Shown: positions 1-14,400 of the stretch, in pieces
How positions within the stretch are numbered: the stretch's first letter is position 1
Layout of the letters: each line of letters begins with the position of its first letter
NCBI GenBank assembly: GCA_043228905.1
Contig: JBHGNT010000060.1
Span: forward strand, 62,001 to 126,000
DNA from: Azolla caroliniana
Taxonomy: Eukaryota > Plantae > Polypodiophyta
Direction of reading: 5' to 3'
DNA length: 64,000 nt
Notes under the pieces: generated by a model
What the model saw: the letters and a program-made list of their open reading frames with translations, nothing else
The model's database searches: none
Told to the model about the DNA's origin: nothing
Made by a program: the position numbers and the translations under genes

Positions 1-636
1 CGCTAGTTATGCTATAGAATTAAAAAATGAAGATTTTGAAACTCAGGTCGAGAGACATGAAGAAATTAGCACATTTGAGGAGGGACTTGAGAAGAGCCCA
101 TGAGTCAATTAAAATGTTCATACCTGGCTCGTGTGATATCGGATTTTTGTGTTCAAACATGCGTATCGAAGCTAACAACGCTACCTATGATATGGAATAA
201 AAAAATCAAGATTTTGAAACTCAAGTCAAGAGACATGAAGAAATTTAGGACATTTGAGGAGGTAGTGGAGAACAGCCCGTGAGTCAATTAAAATGTTCAT
301 ACCTGGCTCGTGTGATATCGGATTTTTGTGTTCAAACATGCGTATCGAAGCTAACAACACTAGCTATGATATGGAATAAAAAAATCAAGATTTTGAAACT
401 CAAGTCAAGAGACATGAAGAAATTTAGGACATTTGAGGAGGTAGTGGAGAACAGCCCGTGAGTCAATTAAAATGTTCATACATGGCTCGTGTGATATCGG
501 ATTTTTGTGTTCAAACATGCGTATCGAAGCTAACAACACTAGCTATGATATAGAATTAAAAAATCAAGATTTTGAAAGTCAGCTCGAGAGACATGAGGAA
601 GTTAGCAAATTAGAGGAGGGACTTGAAAAGAGGCCG

Positions 637-3600
637 TGAGTCAATTAAAATGTTCATACCAGGCTCGTCTGATATCGGATTTTTGTGTTCAAACATGCGT
701 ATCGAAGCTAACAACGCTAGTCATGCTATAGAATTAAAAAATGAAGATTTTGAAATTCAGGTCGAGAGACATGAAGAAATTAGCACATTTGAGGAGGTAG
801 TGGAGAACAGCCCGTGAGTCAATTAAAATGTTCATACCTGGCTCGTGTGATATCGGATTTTTGTGTTCAAACATGCGTATTGAAGCTAACAACACTACCT
901 ATGATATGGAATTAAAAAATGCAGATTTTGAAACTCAGGTCGAGAGACATGAAGAAATTAGCACATTTGAGGAGGTAGCGGAGAACAACCCGTTAGGAAA
1001 TAAAAATGTTCATACCTGGCTCGTGTGATATCGAATTTTTGTGTTCAAACATGCGTATCGAAGATAAGAACGCTAGCTATGCTATAGAATTAAAAAATCC
1101 AAATTTTGAAACTCAGGTCGAGAGACATGAAGAAATTAGCACATTTGAGGAGGGACTTGAGAAGAGCCCATGAGTCAATTAAAATGTTCATACCTGGCTC
1201 CTGTGATATCGGATTTTTGTGTTCAAACATGCGTATCGAAGCTAACAACGCTAGCTATGATATGGAATTAAAAAATGCAAATTTTGAAACTCATGTCGAG
1301 AGACATGAAGAAATTAGCACATTTGAAGAGGTAGTGGAGAACAGCCCGTTAGGAAATAAAAATGTTCATACCTGGCTCGTGTGATATCGGATTTTTGTGT
1401 TCAAACATGCGTATTGAAGCTAACAACACTACCTATGATATGGAATTAAAAAATGCAGATTTTGAAACTCAGGTCGAGAGACATGAAGAAATTAGCACAT
1501 TTGAGGAGGTAGCGGAGAACAACCCGTTAGGAAATAAAAATGTTCATACCTGGCTCGTGTGATATCGAATTTTTGTGTTCAAACATGCGTATCGAAGCTA
1601 AGAACGCTAGCTATGCTATAGAATTAAAAAATCCAAATTTTGAAACTCAGGTCGAGAGACATGAAGAAATTAGCACATTTGAGGAGGGACTTGAGAAGAG
1701 CCCATGAGTCAATTAAAATGTTCATACCTGGCTCCTGTGATATCGGATTTTTGTGTTCAAACATGCGTATCGAAGCTAACAACGCTAGCTATGCTATAGA
1801 ATTAAAAAATCAAGATTTTGAAACTCAGCTCGAGAGACATGAGGAAGTTAGCAAATTAGAGGAGGGACTTGAAAAGAGGCCGTGAGTCAATTAAAATGTT
1901 CATACCAGGCTCGTCTGATATCGGATTTTTGTGTTCAAACATGCGTATCGAAGCTAACAACGCTAGTCATGCTATAGAATTAAAAAATGAAGATTTTGAA
2001 ATTCAGGTCGAGAGACATGAAGAAATTAGCACATTTGAGGAGGTAGTGGAGAACAGCCCGTGAGTCAATTAAAATGTTCATACCTGGCTCGTGTGATATC
2101 GGATTTTTGTGTTCAAACATGCGTATCGAAGCTAACAACGCTACCTATGATATGGAATAAAAAAATCAAGATTTTGAAACTCAAGTCAAGAGACATGAAG
2201 AAATTTAGGACATTTGAGGAGGTAGTGGAGAACAGCCCGTGAGTCAATTAAAATGTTCATACATGGCTCGTGTGATATCGGATTTTTGTGTTCAAACATG
2301 CGTATCGAAGCTAACAACACTAGCTAGGATATAGAATAAAAAAATCAAGATTTTGAAACTCAGGTCGAGAGACATGAAGAAATTAGCACATTTGAGGAGG
2401 GACTTGAGAAGAGCCCATGAGTCAATTAAAATGTTCATACCTGGCTCGTGTGATATCGGATTTTTGTGTTCAAACATGCGTATTGAAGCTAACAACGCTA
2501 CCTATGATATGGAATTAAAAAAAGCAGATTTTGAAACTCATGTCGAGAGACATGAAGAAATTAGCACATTTGAGGAGGTAGTGGAGAACAGCCCGTTAGG
2601 AAATAAAAATGTTCATACCTGGCTCGTGTGATATCGGATTTTTGTGTTCAAACATGCGTATCGAATCTAAGAACGCTAGCTATGCTATAGAATTAAAAAA
2701 TCCAGATTTTGAAACTCAGGTCGAGAGACATGAAGAAATTAGCACATTTGAGGAGGGACTTGAGAAGAGCCCATGAGTCAATTAAAATGTTCATACCTGG
2801 CTCGTGTGATATCGGATTTTTGTGTTCAAACATGCGTATCGAAGCTAACAACGCTAGCTATGCTATAGAATAAAAAAATCCAGATTTTGAAACTCAGGTC
2901 GAGAGACATGAAGAAATTAGCAAATTAGAGGAGGGACTTGAAAAGAGGCCGTGAGTCAATTAAAATGTTCATACCAGGCTCGTGTGATATCGGATTTTTG
3001 TGTTCAAACATGCGTATCGAAGCTAACAACGCTAGTTATGCTATAGAATTAAAAAATGAAGATTTTGAAACTCAGGTCGAGAGACATGAAGAAATTAGCA
3101 CATTTGAGGAGGGACTTGAGAAGAACCCATGAGTCAATTAAAATGTTCATACCTGGCTCGTGTGATATCGGATTTTTGTGTTCAAACATGCGTATCGAAG
3201 CTAAGAACGCTAGCTATGCTATAGAATTAAAAAATCCAGATTTTGAAACTCAGGTCGAGAGACATGAAGAAATTAGCACATTTGAGGAGGGACTTGAGAA
3301 GAGCCCATGAGTCAATTAAAATGTTCATACCTGGCTCGTGTGATATCGGATTTTTGTGTTCAAACATGCGTATCGAAGCTAACAACGCTAGCTATGCTAT
3401 AGAATAAAAAAATCAAGATTTTGAAACTCAGGTCGAAAGACATAAAGAAATTAGCACATTTGAGGAGGGACTTGAAAAGAGGCCGTGAGTCAATTAAAAT
3501 GTTCATACCAGGCTCGTGTGATATCGGATTTTTGTGTTCAAACATGCGTATCGAAGCTACCAACGCTAGTTATGCTATAGAATTAAAAAATGAAGATTTT

Positions 3601-6600
3601 GAAACTCAGGTCGAGAGACATGAAGAAATTAGCACATTTGAGGAGGGACTTGAGAAGAGCCCATGAGTCAATTAAAATGTTCATACCAGGCTCGTGTGAT
3701 ATCGGATTTTTGTGTTCAAACATTCGTATCGAATCTAAGAACGCTAGCTATGCTATAGAATTAAAAAATCCAGATTTTGAAACTCAGGTCGAGAGACATG
3801 AAGAAATTAGCACATTTGAGGAGGGACTTGAGAAGAGCCCATGAGTCAATTAAAATGTTCATACCTGGCTCGTGTGATATCGGATTTTTGTGTTCAAACA
3901 TGCGTATCAAAGCTAACAACGCTAGCTATGCTATAGAATTAAAAAATCAAGATTTTGAAACTCAGGTCGAGAGACATGAGGAAGTTAGCAAATTAGAGGA
4001 GGGACTTGAAAAGAGGCCGTGAGTCAATTAAAATATTCATACCACGCTCGTGTGATATCGGATTTTTGTGTTCAAACATGCGTATCGAAGCTACCAACGC
4101 TAGTTATGCTATAGAATTAAAAAATGAAGATTTTGAAACTCAGGTCGAGAGACATGAAGAAATTAGCACATTTGAGGAGGGACTTGAGAAGAGCCCATGA
4201 GTCAATTAAAATGTTCATACCAGGCTCGTGTGATATCGGATTTTTGTGTTCAAACATTCGTATCGAATCTAAGAACGCTAGCTATGCTATAGAATTAAAA
4301 AATCCAGATTTTGAAACTCAGGTCGAGAGACATGAAGAAATTAGCACATTTGAGGAGGGACTTGAGAAGAGCCCATGAGTCAATTAAAATGTTCATACCT
4401 GGCTCGTGTGATATCGGATTTTTGTGTTCAAACATGCGTATCGAAGCTAACAACGCTAGCTATGCTATAGAATTAAAAAATCAAGATTTTGAAACTCAGG
4501 TCGAGAGACATGAGGAAGTTAGCAAATTAGAGGAGGGACTTGAAAAGAGGCCGTGAGTCAATTAAAATGTTCATACCACGCTCGTGTGATATCGGATTTT
4601 TGTGTTCAAACATGCGTATCGAAGCTACCAACGCTAGTTATGCTATAGAATTAAAAAATGAAGATTTTGAAACTCAGGTCGAGAGACATGAAGAAATTAG
4701 CACATTTGAGGAGGGACTTGAGAAGAGCCCATGAGTCAATTAAAATGTTCATACCAGGCTCGTGTGATATCGGATTTTTGTGTTCAAACATTCGTATCGA
4801 ATCTAAGAACGCTAGCTATGCTATAGAATTAAAAAATCCAGATTTTGAAACTCAGGTCGAGAGACATGAAGAAATTAGCACATTTGAGGAGGGACTTGAG
4901 AAGAGCCCATGAGTCAATTAAAATGTTCATACCTGGCTCGTGTGATATCGGATTTTTGTGTTCAAACATGCGTATCGAAGCTAACAACGCTAGCTATGCT
5001 ATAGAATAAAAAAATCAAGATTTTGAAACTCAGGTCGAGAGACATGAAGAAATTAGCAAATTAGAGGAGGGACTTGAAAAGAGGCCGTGAGTCAATTAAA
5101 ATGTTCATACCAGGCTCGTGTGATATCGGATTTTTGTGTTCAAACATGCGTATCGAAGCTAACAACGCTAGTTATGCTATAGAATTAAAAAATGAAGATT
5201 TTGAAACTCAGGTCGAGAGACATGAAGAAATTAGCACATTTGAGGAGGGACTTGAGAAGAGCCCATGAGTCAATTAAAATGTTCATACCTGGCTCGTGTG
5301 ATATCAGATTTTTGTGTTCAAACATGCGTATCGAAGCTAAGAACGCTAGCTATGCTATAGAATTAAAAAATCCAGATTTTGAAACTCAGGTCGAGAGACA
5401 TGAAGAAATTAGCACATTTGAGGAGGGACTTGAGAAGAGCCCATGAGTCAATTAAAATGTTCATACCTGGCTCGTGTGATATCGGATTTTTGTGTTCAAA
5501 CATGCGTATTGAAGCTAACAACGCTACCTATGATATGGAATTAAAAAATGCAGATTTTGAAACTCATGTCGAGAGACATGAAGAAATTAGCACATTTGAG
5601 GAGGTAGTGGAGAACAGCCCGTTAGGAAATAAAAATGTTCATACCTGGCTCGTGTGATATCGGATTTTTGTGTTCAAACATGCGTATCGAATCTAAGAAC
5701 GCTAGCTATGCTATAGAATTAAAAAATCCAGATTTTGAAACTCAGGTCGAGAGACATGAAGAAATTAGCACATTTGAGGAGGGACTTGAGAAGAGCCCAT
5801 GAGTCAATTAAAATGTTCATACCTGGCTCGTGTGATATCGGATTTTTGTGTTCAAACATTCGTATCGAATCTAAGAACGCTAGCTATGCTATAGAATTAA
5901 AAAATCCAGATTTTGAAACTCAAGTCGAGAGACATGAAGAAATTAGCACATTTGAGGAGGGACTTGAGAAGAGCCCATGAGTCAATTAAAATGTTCATAC
6001 CTGGCTCGTGTGATATCGGATTTTTGTGTTCAAACATGCGTATCGAAGCTAACAACGCTAGCTATGCTATAGAATAAAAAAATCAAGATTTTGAAACTCA
6101 GGTCGAAAGACATAAAGAAATTAGCACATTTGAGGAGGGACTTGAAAAGAGGCCGTGAGTCAATTAAAATGTTCATACCAGGCTCGTGTGATATCGGATT
6201 TTTGTGTTCAAACATGCGTATCGAAGCTACCAACGCTAGTTATGCTATAGAATTAAAAAATGAAGATTTTGAAACTCAGGTCGAGAGACATGAAGAAATT
6301 AGCACATTTGAGGAGGGACTTGAGAAGAGCCCATGAGTCAATTAAAATGTTCATACCAGGCTCGTGTGATATCGGATTTTTGTGTTCAAACATTCGTATC
6401 GAATCTAAGAACGCTAGCTATGCTATAGAATTAAAAAATCCAGATTTTGAAACTCAGGTCGAGAGACATGAAGAAATTAGCACATTTGAGGAGGGACTTG
6501 AGAAGAGCCCATGAGTCAATTAAAATGTTCATACCAGGCTCGTGTGATATCGGATTTTTGTGTTCAAACATTCGTATCGAATCTAAGAACGCTAGCTATG

Positions 6601-8351
6601 CTATAGAATTAAAAAATCCAGATTTTGAAACTCAGGTCGAGAGACATGAAGAAATTAGCACATTTGAGGAGGGACTTGAGAAGAGCCCATGAGTCAATTA
6701 AAATGTTCATACCTGGCTCGTGTGATATCGGATTTTTGTGTTCAAACATGCGTATCGAAGCTAACAACGCTAGCTATGCTATAGAATAAAAAAATCAAGA
6801 TTTTGAAACTCAGGTCGAGAGAAATAAAGAAATTAGCACATTTGAGGAGGTAGTGGAGAACAGCCCGTTAGGAAATAAAAAAGTTCATACCTGGCTCGTG
6901 TGATATCGGATTTTTGTGTTCAAACATGCGTATCGAATCTAAGAACGCTAGCTATGCTATAGAATTAAAAAATCCAGATTTTGAAACTCAGGTCGAGAGA
7001 CATGAAGAAATTAGCACATTTGAGGAGGGACTTGAGAAGAGCCCATGAGTCAATTAAAATGTTCATACCTGGCTCGTGTGATATCGGATTTTTGTGTTCA
7101 AACATGCGTATCGAAGCTAACAACGCTAGCTATGCTATAGAATTAAAAAATGCAGATTTTGAAACTCAGGTCGAGAGAAATAAAGAAATTAGCACATTTG
7201 AGGAGGTAGTGGAGAACAGCCCGTTAGGAAATAAAAAAGTTCATACCTGGCTCGTGTGATATCGGATTTTTGTGTTCAAACATGCGTATCGAATCTAAGA
7301 ACGCTAGCTATGCTATAGAATTAAAAAATCCAGATTTTGAAACTCAGGTCGAGAGACATGAAGAAATTAGCACATTTGAGGAGGGACTTGAGAAGAGCCC
7401 ATGAGTCAATTAAAATGTTCATACCTGGCTCGTGTGATATCGGATTTTTGTGTTCAAACATGCGTATCGAAGCTAACAACGCTAGCTATGCTATAGAATA
7501 AAAAAATCAAGATTTTGAAACTCAGGTCGAGAGACATGAAGAAATTAGCAAATTAGAGGAGGGACTTGAAAAGAGGCCGTGAGTCAATTAAAATGTTCAT
7601 ACCAGGCTCGTGTGATATCGGATTTTTGAGTTCAAACATGCGTATCGAAGCTAACAACGCTAGTTATGCTATAGAATTAAAAAATGAAGATTTTGAAACT
7701 CAGGTCGAGAGACATGAAGAAATTAGCACATTTGAGGAGGGACTTGAGGAGAGCCCATGAGTCAATTAAAATGTTCATACCTGGCTCGTGTGATATCGGA
7801 TTTTTGTGTTCAAACATGCGTATCGAAGCTAAGAACGCTAGCTATGCTATAGAATTAAAAAATCCAGATTTTGAAACTCAGGTCGAGAGACATGAAGAAA
7901 TTAGCACATTTGAGGAGGGACTTGAGAAGAGCCCATGAGTCAATTAAAATGTTCATACCTGGCTCGTGTGATATCGGATTTTTGTGTTCAAACATGCGTA
8001 TTGAAGCTAACAACGCTACCTATGATATGGAATTAAAAAATGCAGATTTTGAAACTCATGTCGAGAGACATGAAGAAATTAGCACATTTGAGGAGGTAGT
8101 GGAGAACAGCCCGTTAGGAAATAAAAATGTTCATACCTGGCTCGTGTGATATCGGATTTTTGTGTTCAAACATGCGTATCGAATCTAAGAACGCTAGCTA
8201 TGCTATAGAATTAAAAAATCCAGATTTTGAAACTCAGGTCGAGAGACATGAAGAAATTAGCACATTTGAGGAGGGACTTGAGAAGAGCCCATGAGTCAAT
8301 TAAAATGTTCATACCTGGCTCGTGTGATATCGGATTTTTGTGTTCAAACAT
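637..8351 (+). repeat. Higher-order repeat, copy 1 of a 7833-bp (44-monomer) tandem duplication
   Basis: ORF-track and private variants recur at a +7833 offset (828/8661, 2060/9893, 7566/15399, 7871/15704). 7833 = 44x178+1. Confidence 0.92.
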
Positions 8352-8469
8352 GCGTATCGAAGCTAACAACGCTAGCTATGCTATAGAATAAAAAAATCAA
8401 GATTTTGAAACTCAGGTCGAGAGACATGAAGAAATTAGCACATTTGAGGAGGGACTTGAGAAGAGCCCA

Positions 8470-11400
8470 TGAGTCAATTAAAATGTTCATACCAGGCTCG
8501 TCTGATATCGGATTTTTGTGTTCAAACATGCGTATCGAAGCTAACAACGCTAGTCATGCTATAGAATTAAAAAATGAAGATTTTGAAATTCAGGTCGAGA
8601 GACATGAAGAAATTAGCACATTTGAGGAGGTAGTGGAGAACAGCCCGTGAGTCAATTAAAATGTTCATACCTGGCTCGTGTGATATCGGATTTTTGTGTT
8701 CAAACATGCGTATTGAAGCTAACAACACTACCTATGATATGGAATTAAAAAATGCAGATTTTGAAACTCAGGTCGAGAGACATGAAGAAATTAGCACATT
8801 TGAGGAGGTAGCGGAGAACAACCCGTTAGGAAATAAAAATGTTCATACCTGGCTCGTGTGATATCGAATTTTTGTGTTCAAACATGCGTATCGAAGATAA
8901 GAACGCTAGCTATGCTATAGAATTAAAAAATCCAAATTTTGAAACTCAGGTCGAGAGACATGAAGAAATTAGCACATTTGAGGAGGGACTTGAGAAGAGC
9001 CCATGAGTCAATTAAAATGTTCATACCTGGCTCCTGTGATATCGGATTTTTGTGTTCAAACATGCGTATCGAAGCTAACAACGCTAGCTATGATATGGAA
9101 TTAAAAAATGCAAATTTTGAAACTCATGTCGAGAGACATGAAGAAATTAGCACATTTGAAGAGGTAGTGGAGAACAGCCCGTTAGGAAATAAAAATGTTC
9201 ATACCTGGCTCGTGTGATATCGGATTTTTGTGTTCAAACATGCGTATTGAAGCTAACAACACTACCTATGATATGGAATTAAAAAATGCAGATTTTGAAA
9301 CTCAGGTCGAGAGACATGAAGAAATTAGCACATTTGAGGAGGTAGCGGAGAACAACCCGTTAGGAAATAAAAATGTTCATACCTGGCTCGTGTGATATCG
9401 AATTTTTGTGTTCAAACATGCGTATCGAAGCTAAGAACGCTAGCTATGCTATAGAATTAAAAAATCCAAATTTTGAAACTCAGGTCGAGAGACATGAAGA
9501 AATTAGCACATTTGAGGAGGGACTTGAGAAGAGCCCATGAGTCAATTAAAATGTTCATACCTGGCTCCTGTGATATCGGATTTTTGTGTTCAAACATGCG
9601 TATCGAAGCTAACAACGCTAGCTATGCTATAGAATTAAAAAATCAAGATTTTGAAACTCAGCTCGAGAGACATGAGGAAGTTAGCAAATTAGAGGAGGGA
9701 CTTGAAAAGAGGCCGTGAGTCAATTAAAATGTTCATACCAGGCTCGTCTGATATCGGATTTTTGTGTTCAAACATGCGTATCGAAGCTAACAACGCTAGT
9801 CATGCTATAGAATTAAAAAATGAAGATTTTGAAATTCAGGTCGAGAGACATGAAGAAATTAGCACATTTGAGGAGGTAGTGGAGAACAGCCCGTGAGTCA
9901 ATTAAAATGTTCATACCTGGCTCGTGTGATATCGGATTTTTGTGTTCAAACATGCGTATCGAAGCTAACAACGCTACCTATGATATGGAATAAAAAAATC
10001 AAGATTTTGAAACTCAAGTCAAGAGACATGAAGAAATTTAGGACATTTGAGGAGGTAGTGGAGAACAGCCCGTGAGTCAATTAAAATGTTCATACATGGC
10101 TCGTGTGATATCGGATTTTTGTGTTCAAACATGCGTATCGAAGCTAACAACACTAGCTAGGATATAGAATAAAAAAATCAAGATTTTGAAACTCAGGTCG
10201 AGAGACATGAAGAAATTAGCACATTTGAGGAGGGACTTGAGAAGAGCCCATGAGTCAATTAAAATGTTCATACCTGGCTCGTGTGATATCGGATTTTTGT
10301 GTTCAAACATGCGTATTGAAGCTAACAACGCTACCTATGATATGGAATTAAAAAAAGCAGATTTTGAAACTCATGTCGAGAGACATGAAGAAATTAGCAC
10401 ATTTGAGGAGGTAGTGGAGAACAGCCCGTTAGGAAATAAAAATGTTCATACCTGGCTCGTGTGATATCGGATTTTTGTGTTCAAACATGCGTATCGAATC
10501 TAAGAACGCTAGCTATGCTATAGAATTAAAAAATCCAGATTTTGAAACTCAGGTCGAGAGACATGAAGAAATTAGCACATTTGAGGAGGGACTTGAGAAG
10601 AGCCCATGAGTCAATTAAAATGTTCATACCTGGCTCGTGTGATATCGGATTTTTGTGTTCAAACATGCGTATCGAAGCTAACAACGCTAGCTATGCTATA
10701 GAATAAAAAAATCCAGATTTTGAAACTCAGGTCGAGAGACATGAAGAAATTAGCAAATTAGAGGAGGGACTTGAAAAGAGGCCGTGAGTCAATTAAAATG
10801 TTCATACCAGGCTCGTGTGATATCGGATTTTTGTGTTCAAACATGCGTATCGAAGCTAACAACGCTAGTTATGCTATAGAATTAAAAAATGAAGATTTTG
10901 AAACTCAGGTCGAGAGACATGAAGAAATTAGCACATTTGAGGAGGGACTTGAGAAGAACCCATGAGTCAATTAAAATGTTCATACCTGGCTCGTGTGATA
11001 TCGGATTTTTGTGTTCAAACATGCGTATCGAAGCTAAGAACGCTAGCTATGCTATAGAATTAAAAAATCCAGATTTTGAAACTCAGGTCGAGAGACATGA
11101 AGAAATTAGCACATTTGAGGAGGGACTTGAGAAGAGCCCATGAGTCAATTAAAATGTTCATACCTGGCTCGTGTGATATCGGATTTTTGTGTTCAAACAT
11201 GCGTATCGAAGCTAACAACGCTAGCTATGCTATAGAATAAAAAAATCAAGATTTTGAAACTCAGGTCGAAAGACATAAAGAAATTAGCACATTTGAGGAG
11301 GGACTTGAAAAGAGGCCGTGAGTCAATTAAAATGTTCATACCAGGCTCGTGTGATATCGGATTTTTGTGTTCAAACATGCGTATCGAAGCTACCAACGCT

Positions 11401-14400
11401 AGTTATGCTATAGAATTAAAAAATGAAGATTTTGAAACTCAGGTCGAGAGACATGAAGAAATTAGCACATTTGAGGAGGGACTTGAGAAGAGCCCATGAG
11501 TCAATTAAAATGTTCATACCAGGCTCGTGTGATATCGGATTTTTGTGTTCAAACATTCGTATCGAATCTAAGAACGCTAGCTATGCTATAGAATTAAAAA
11601 ATCCAGATTTTGAAACTCAGGTCGAGAGACATGAAGAAATTAGCACATTTGAGGAGGGACTTGAGAAGAGCCCATGAGTCAATTAAAATGTTCATACCTG
11701 GCTCGTGTGATATCGGATTTTTGTGTTCAAACATGCGTATCGAAGCTAACAACGCTAGCTATGCTATAGAATTAAAAAATCAAGATTTTGAAACTCAGGT
11801 CGAGAGACATGAGGAAGTTAGCAAATTAGAGGAGGGACTTGAAAAGAGGCCGTGAGTCAATTAAAATATTCATACCACGCTCGTGTGATATCGGATTTTT
11901 GTGTTCAAACATGCGTATCGAAGCTACCAACGCTAGTTATGCTATAGAATTAAAAAATGAAGATTTTGAAACTCAGGTCGAGAGACATGAAGAAATTAGC
12001 ACATTTGAGGAGGGACTTGAGAAGAGCCCATGAGTCAATTAAAATGTTCATACCAGGCTCGTGTGATATCGGATTTTTGTGTTCAAACATTCGTATCGAA
12101 TCTAAGAACGCTAGCTATGCTATAGAATTAAAAAATCCAGATTTTGAAACTCAGGTCGAGAGACATGAAGAAATTAGCACATTTGAGGAGGGACTTGAGA
12201 AGAGCCCATGAGTCAATTAAAATGTTCATACCTGGCTCGTGTGATATCGGATTTTTGTGTTCAAACATGCGTATCGAAGCTAACAACGCTAGCTATGCTA
12301 TAGAATTAAAAAATCAAGATTTTGAAACTCAGGTCGAGAGACATGAGGAAGTTAGCAAATTAGAGGAGGGACTTGAAAAGAGGCCGTGAGTCAATTAAAA
12401 TGTTCATACCACGCTCGTGTGATATCGGATTTTTGTGTTCAAACATGCGTATCGAAGCTACCAACGCTAGTTATGCTATAGAATTAAAAAATGAAGATTT
12501 TGAAACTCAGGTCGAGAGACATGAAGAAATTAGCACATTTGAGGAGGGACTTGAGAAGAGCCCATGAGTCAATTAAAATGTTCATACCAGGCTCGTGTGA
12601 TATCGGATTTTTGTGTTCAAACATTCGTATCGAATCTAAGAACGCTAGCTATGCTATAGAATTAAAAAATCCAGATTTTGAAACTCAGGTCGAGAGACAT
12701 GAAGAAATTAGCACATTTGAGGAGGGACTTGAGAAGAGCCCATGAGTCAATTAAAATGTTCATACCTGGCTCGTGTGATATCGGATTTTTGTGTTCAAAC
12801 ATGCGTATCGAAGCTAACAACGCTAGCTATGCTATAGAATAAAAAAATCAAGATTTTGAAACTCAGGTCGAGAGACATGAAGAAATTAGCAAATTAGAGG
12901 AGGGACTTGAAAAGAGGCCGTGAGTCAATTAAAATGTTCATACCAGGCTCGTGTGATATCGGATTTTTGTGTTCAAACATGCGTATCGAAGCTAACAACG
13001 CTAGTTATGCTATAGAATTAAAAAATGAAGATTTTGAAACTCAGGTCGAGAGACATGAAGAAATTAGCACATTTGAGGAGGGACTTGAGAAGAGCCCATG
13101 AGTCAATTAAAATGTTCATACCTGGCTCGTGTGATATCAGATTTTTGTGTTCAAACATGCGTATCGAAGCTAAGAACGCTAGCTATGCTATAGAATTAAA
13201 AAATCCAGATTTTGAAACTCAGGTCGAGAGACATGAAGAAATTAGCACATTTGAGGAGGGACTTGAGAAGAGCCCATGAGTCAATTAAAATGTTCATACC
13301 TGGCTCGTGTGATATCGGATTTTTGTGTTCAAACATGCGTATTGAAGCTAACAACGCTACCTATGATATGGAATTAAAAAATGCAGATTTTGAAACTCAT
13401 GTCGAGAGACATGAAGAAATTAGCACATTTGAGGAGGTAGTGGAGAACAGCCCGTTAGGAAATAAAAATGTTCATACCTGGCTCGTGTGATATCGGATTT
13501 TTGTGTTCAAACATGCGTATCGAATCTAAGAACGCTAGCTATGCTATAGAATTAAAAAATCCAGATTTTGAAACTCAGGTCGAGAGACATGAAGAAATTA
13601 GCACATTTGAGGAGGGACTTGAGAAGAGCCCATGAGTCAATTAAAATGTTCATACCTGGCTCGTGTGATATCGGATTTTTGTGTTCAAACATTCGTATCG
13701 AATCTAAGAACGCTAGCTATGCTATAGAATTAAAAAATCCAGATTTTGAAACTCAAGTCGAGAGACATGAAGAAATTAGCACATTTGAGGAGGGACTTGA
13801 GAAGAGCCCATGAGTCAATTAAAATGTTCATACCTGGCTCGTGTGATATCGGATTTTTGTGTTCAAACATGCGTATCGAAGCTAACAACGCTAGCTATGC
13901 TATAGAATAAAAAAATCAAGATTTTGAAACTCAGGTCGAAAGACATAAAGAAATTAGCACATTTGAGGAGGGACTTGAAAAGAGGCCGTGAGTCAATTAA
14001 AATGTTCATACCAGGCTCGTGTGATATCGGATTTTTGTGTTCAAACATGCGTATCGAAGCTACCAACGCTAGTTATGCTATAGAATTAAAAAATGAAGAT
14101 TTTGAAACTCAGGTCGAGAGACATGAAGAAATTAGCACATTTGAGGAGGGACTTGAGAAGAGCCCATGAGTCAATTAAAATGTTCATACCAGGCTCGTGT
14201 GATATCGGATTTTTGTGTTCAAACATTCGTATCGAATCTAAGAACGCTAGCTATGCTATAGAATTAAAAAATCCAGATTTTGAAACTCAGGTCGAGAGAC
14301 ATGAAGAAATTAGCACATTTGAGGAGGGACTTGAGAAGAGCCCATGAGTCAATTAAAATGTTCATACCAGGCTCGTGTGATATCGGATTTTTGTGTTCAA